Source of the DNA: Yuukianura sp. NJ FZ-2021
Taxonomy: Eukaryota
Assembly: GCA_046563655.1 (NCBI GenBank)
Contig: CM102287.1
Location: forward strand, 248,001 to 312,000
Direction of reading: 5' to 3'
DNA length: 64,000 bases
Position numbers and translations under genes: made by a program. Numbering within the stretch: the stretch's first letter is position 1; each line of letters opens with the position of its first letter. This document shows, piece after piece, positions 62,401-64,000 of the stretch. The notes beneath the pieces were generated by a model. It was given only the letters and a program-made list of their open reading frames with translations, had not been told where the DNA came from and ran no database searches.

Positions 62401-64000
62401 TGCATTTCTTTTGAATTCTTTGTTTTGAAACATGAATTTTCATAAATAAAAGTAACAAGATTAGAGACGACACAGCAAGTGAAAGTGGGCTCCTGTAGCA
62501 CTTTTTATGTGGATTTCAAAGCTGTAGTTGATTTTTACCCAGCATCGTTCCGGAACGCATTTCTTTTGAATTCTTTGTTTTGAAACAAGAATTTTCCTAA
62601 ATAAAAGTAACAAGATTAGGGACGACACAGCAAGTGAAAGTGGGCTCCTGTAGCACTTATTATGAGGATTTCAAAAATGAAATTTACTTTCTGTTTATTC
62701 TCACATTAGCATGTTCATTCTCACAAATTTAAGTCGTTTTCGACAAAATGGTGCTCGGCATTGCACTGGGTACCGTTTACCAACCCAAGATAAACTCCGA
62801 GGCAGAGCGGTTCATCCAGACTTTTAAGTACGCTCTAACCAGATTTAATGGCGATCTATCCACGCCAATTATCCTTGGGTTCCTGTAGTACTTTTCAGGA
62901 GGATTTCAGAAAAGTAACTCATTTTCACCCGGCATCGCTCCGCGTGGAGGTTTTTCGAAATATTTGTTTGGAAACAAATTTTCATAAAGAAAAGTAACGA
63001 GATTAGGGACGACACAGCAAGTGAAAGTGGGTTCCTGTAGCCCTTTTTATGAGGATTTCAAAAATGTAGTTGACTGTTACCTAGCATCGTTCCGGAATGC
63101 ATTTCTTTTGAATTCTCTGTTTTGAAACATGAATTTTCATAAATAAAAGTAACAAGATGAGGGACGACACAGCAAGTGAAAGTGGGCTCCTGTAGCACTT
63201 TTTATGAGGATTTCAAAAATGTAATTTACTTTTACCTGGCATCGTTTCGGAATGCATTTCTTTTGAATTTTTGTTGTGAAACATGAATTTTCATAAATAA
63301 AGGTAACAAGATGAGGGACGACACAGCAAGTGAAAGTGGGCTTCTGTAGCTCTTTTTATGAGGATTTCAAAAATGTAGTTGACTTTTACCTAGCATCGTT
63401 TCGGATTGCATTTCTTTTGAATTCTTTGTTTTGAAACATGAATTTTCATAAATAAAAGTAACAAGATTAGGGACGACACAGCAAGTGAAAGTGGGCTCCT
63501 GTAGCACTTTTTATGTGGATTTCAAAGCTGTAGTTGATTTTTACCTAGCATCGTTTCGGAATGCATTTCTTTTGAATTCTTTGTTTTGAAACATGAATTT
63601 TCATAAATAAAAGTAACAAGATTAGGGACGACACAGCAAGTGAAAGTGGGCTCCTGTAGCACTTTTTATGTGGATTTCAAAGCTGTAGTTGATTTTTACC
63701 CAGCATCGTTCCGGAATGCATTTCTTTTGAATTCTTTGTTTTGAAACAAGAATTTTCCTAAATAAAAGTAACAAGATTAGGGACGACACAGCAAGTGAAA
63801 GTGGGCTCCTGTAGCACTTATTATGAGGATTTCAAAAATGAAATTTACTTTCTGTTTATTCTCACATTAGCATGTTCATTCTCACAAATTTAAGTCGTTT
63901 TCGACAAAATGGTGCTCGGCATTGCCCTGGGTACCGTTTACCAACCCAAGATAAACTCCGAGGCAGAGCGGTTCATCCAGACTTTTAAGTACGCTCTAAC

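Larger units (their letters stand above)
35229..64000 (+). repeat. Satellite B array continuing to the window end, with variable higher-order blocks; interrupted at 47714-50474
   Basis: Same 154/155 and 387-bp units; 542-bp unit at 54082/54624 and 57874/58416; block duplications of ~3.79 kb (40723/44510, 54082/57874). Confidence 0.97.

Noticed and set aside
1..64000. CRISPR array
   Set aside because: Repeats are contiguous satellite monomers without unique spacers; no cas genes; eukaryotic context

Overview
Eukaryotic (probably invertebrate animal; inference) heterochromatin or centromere-like window with no host genes. It holds two satellite families: a 161-bp satellite A (1-~14905) and a 154/155-bp satellite B with an interspersed 387-bp variant (~14906-64000). 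Inserted into them are two related non-autonomous LTR elements (6892-10378 plus a solo LTR at 5243-5600; 47714-50474) and a rearranged Ty3/gypsy retrotransposon. The gypsy element is split into a 3' half (20248-23727) and a 5' half (26592-33152), with an inverted truncated copy at 33189-35228, and its pol is interrupted by an intron-containing IS630/Tc1/mariner-type DNA transposon (29909-32412). The most notable system is the gypsy element itself. It carries a bacterial-like (SCO6735/ALC1-class) ADP-ribose macrodomain as a separate ORF between gag and protease, apparently joined by two consecutive -1 frameshift signals, and a second mini-Gag-like CCHC ORF after pol. Other notable points: the 387-bp satellite B variant contains a decayed integrase-core fragment; the two gypsy halves are circularly permuted with matching templated junction fillers; and the non-autonomous elements carry dispersed conserved GGAGTC...GGCTCC hairpins. 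Family assignments come from motif recognition only; no database search was run.
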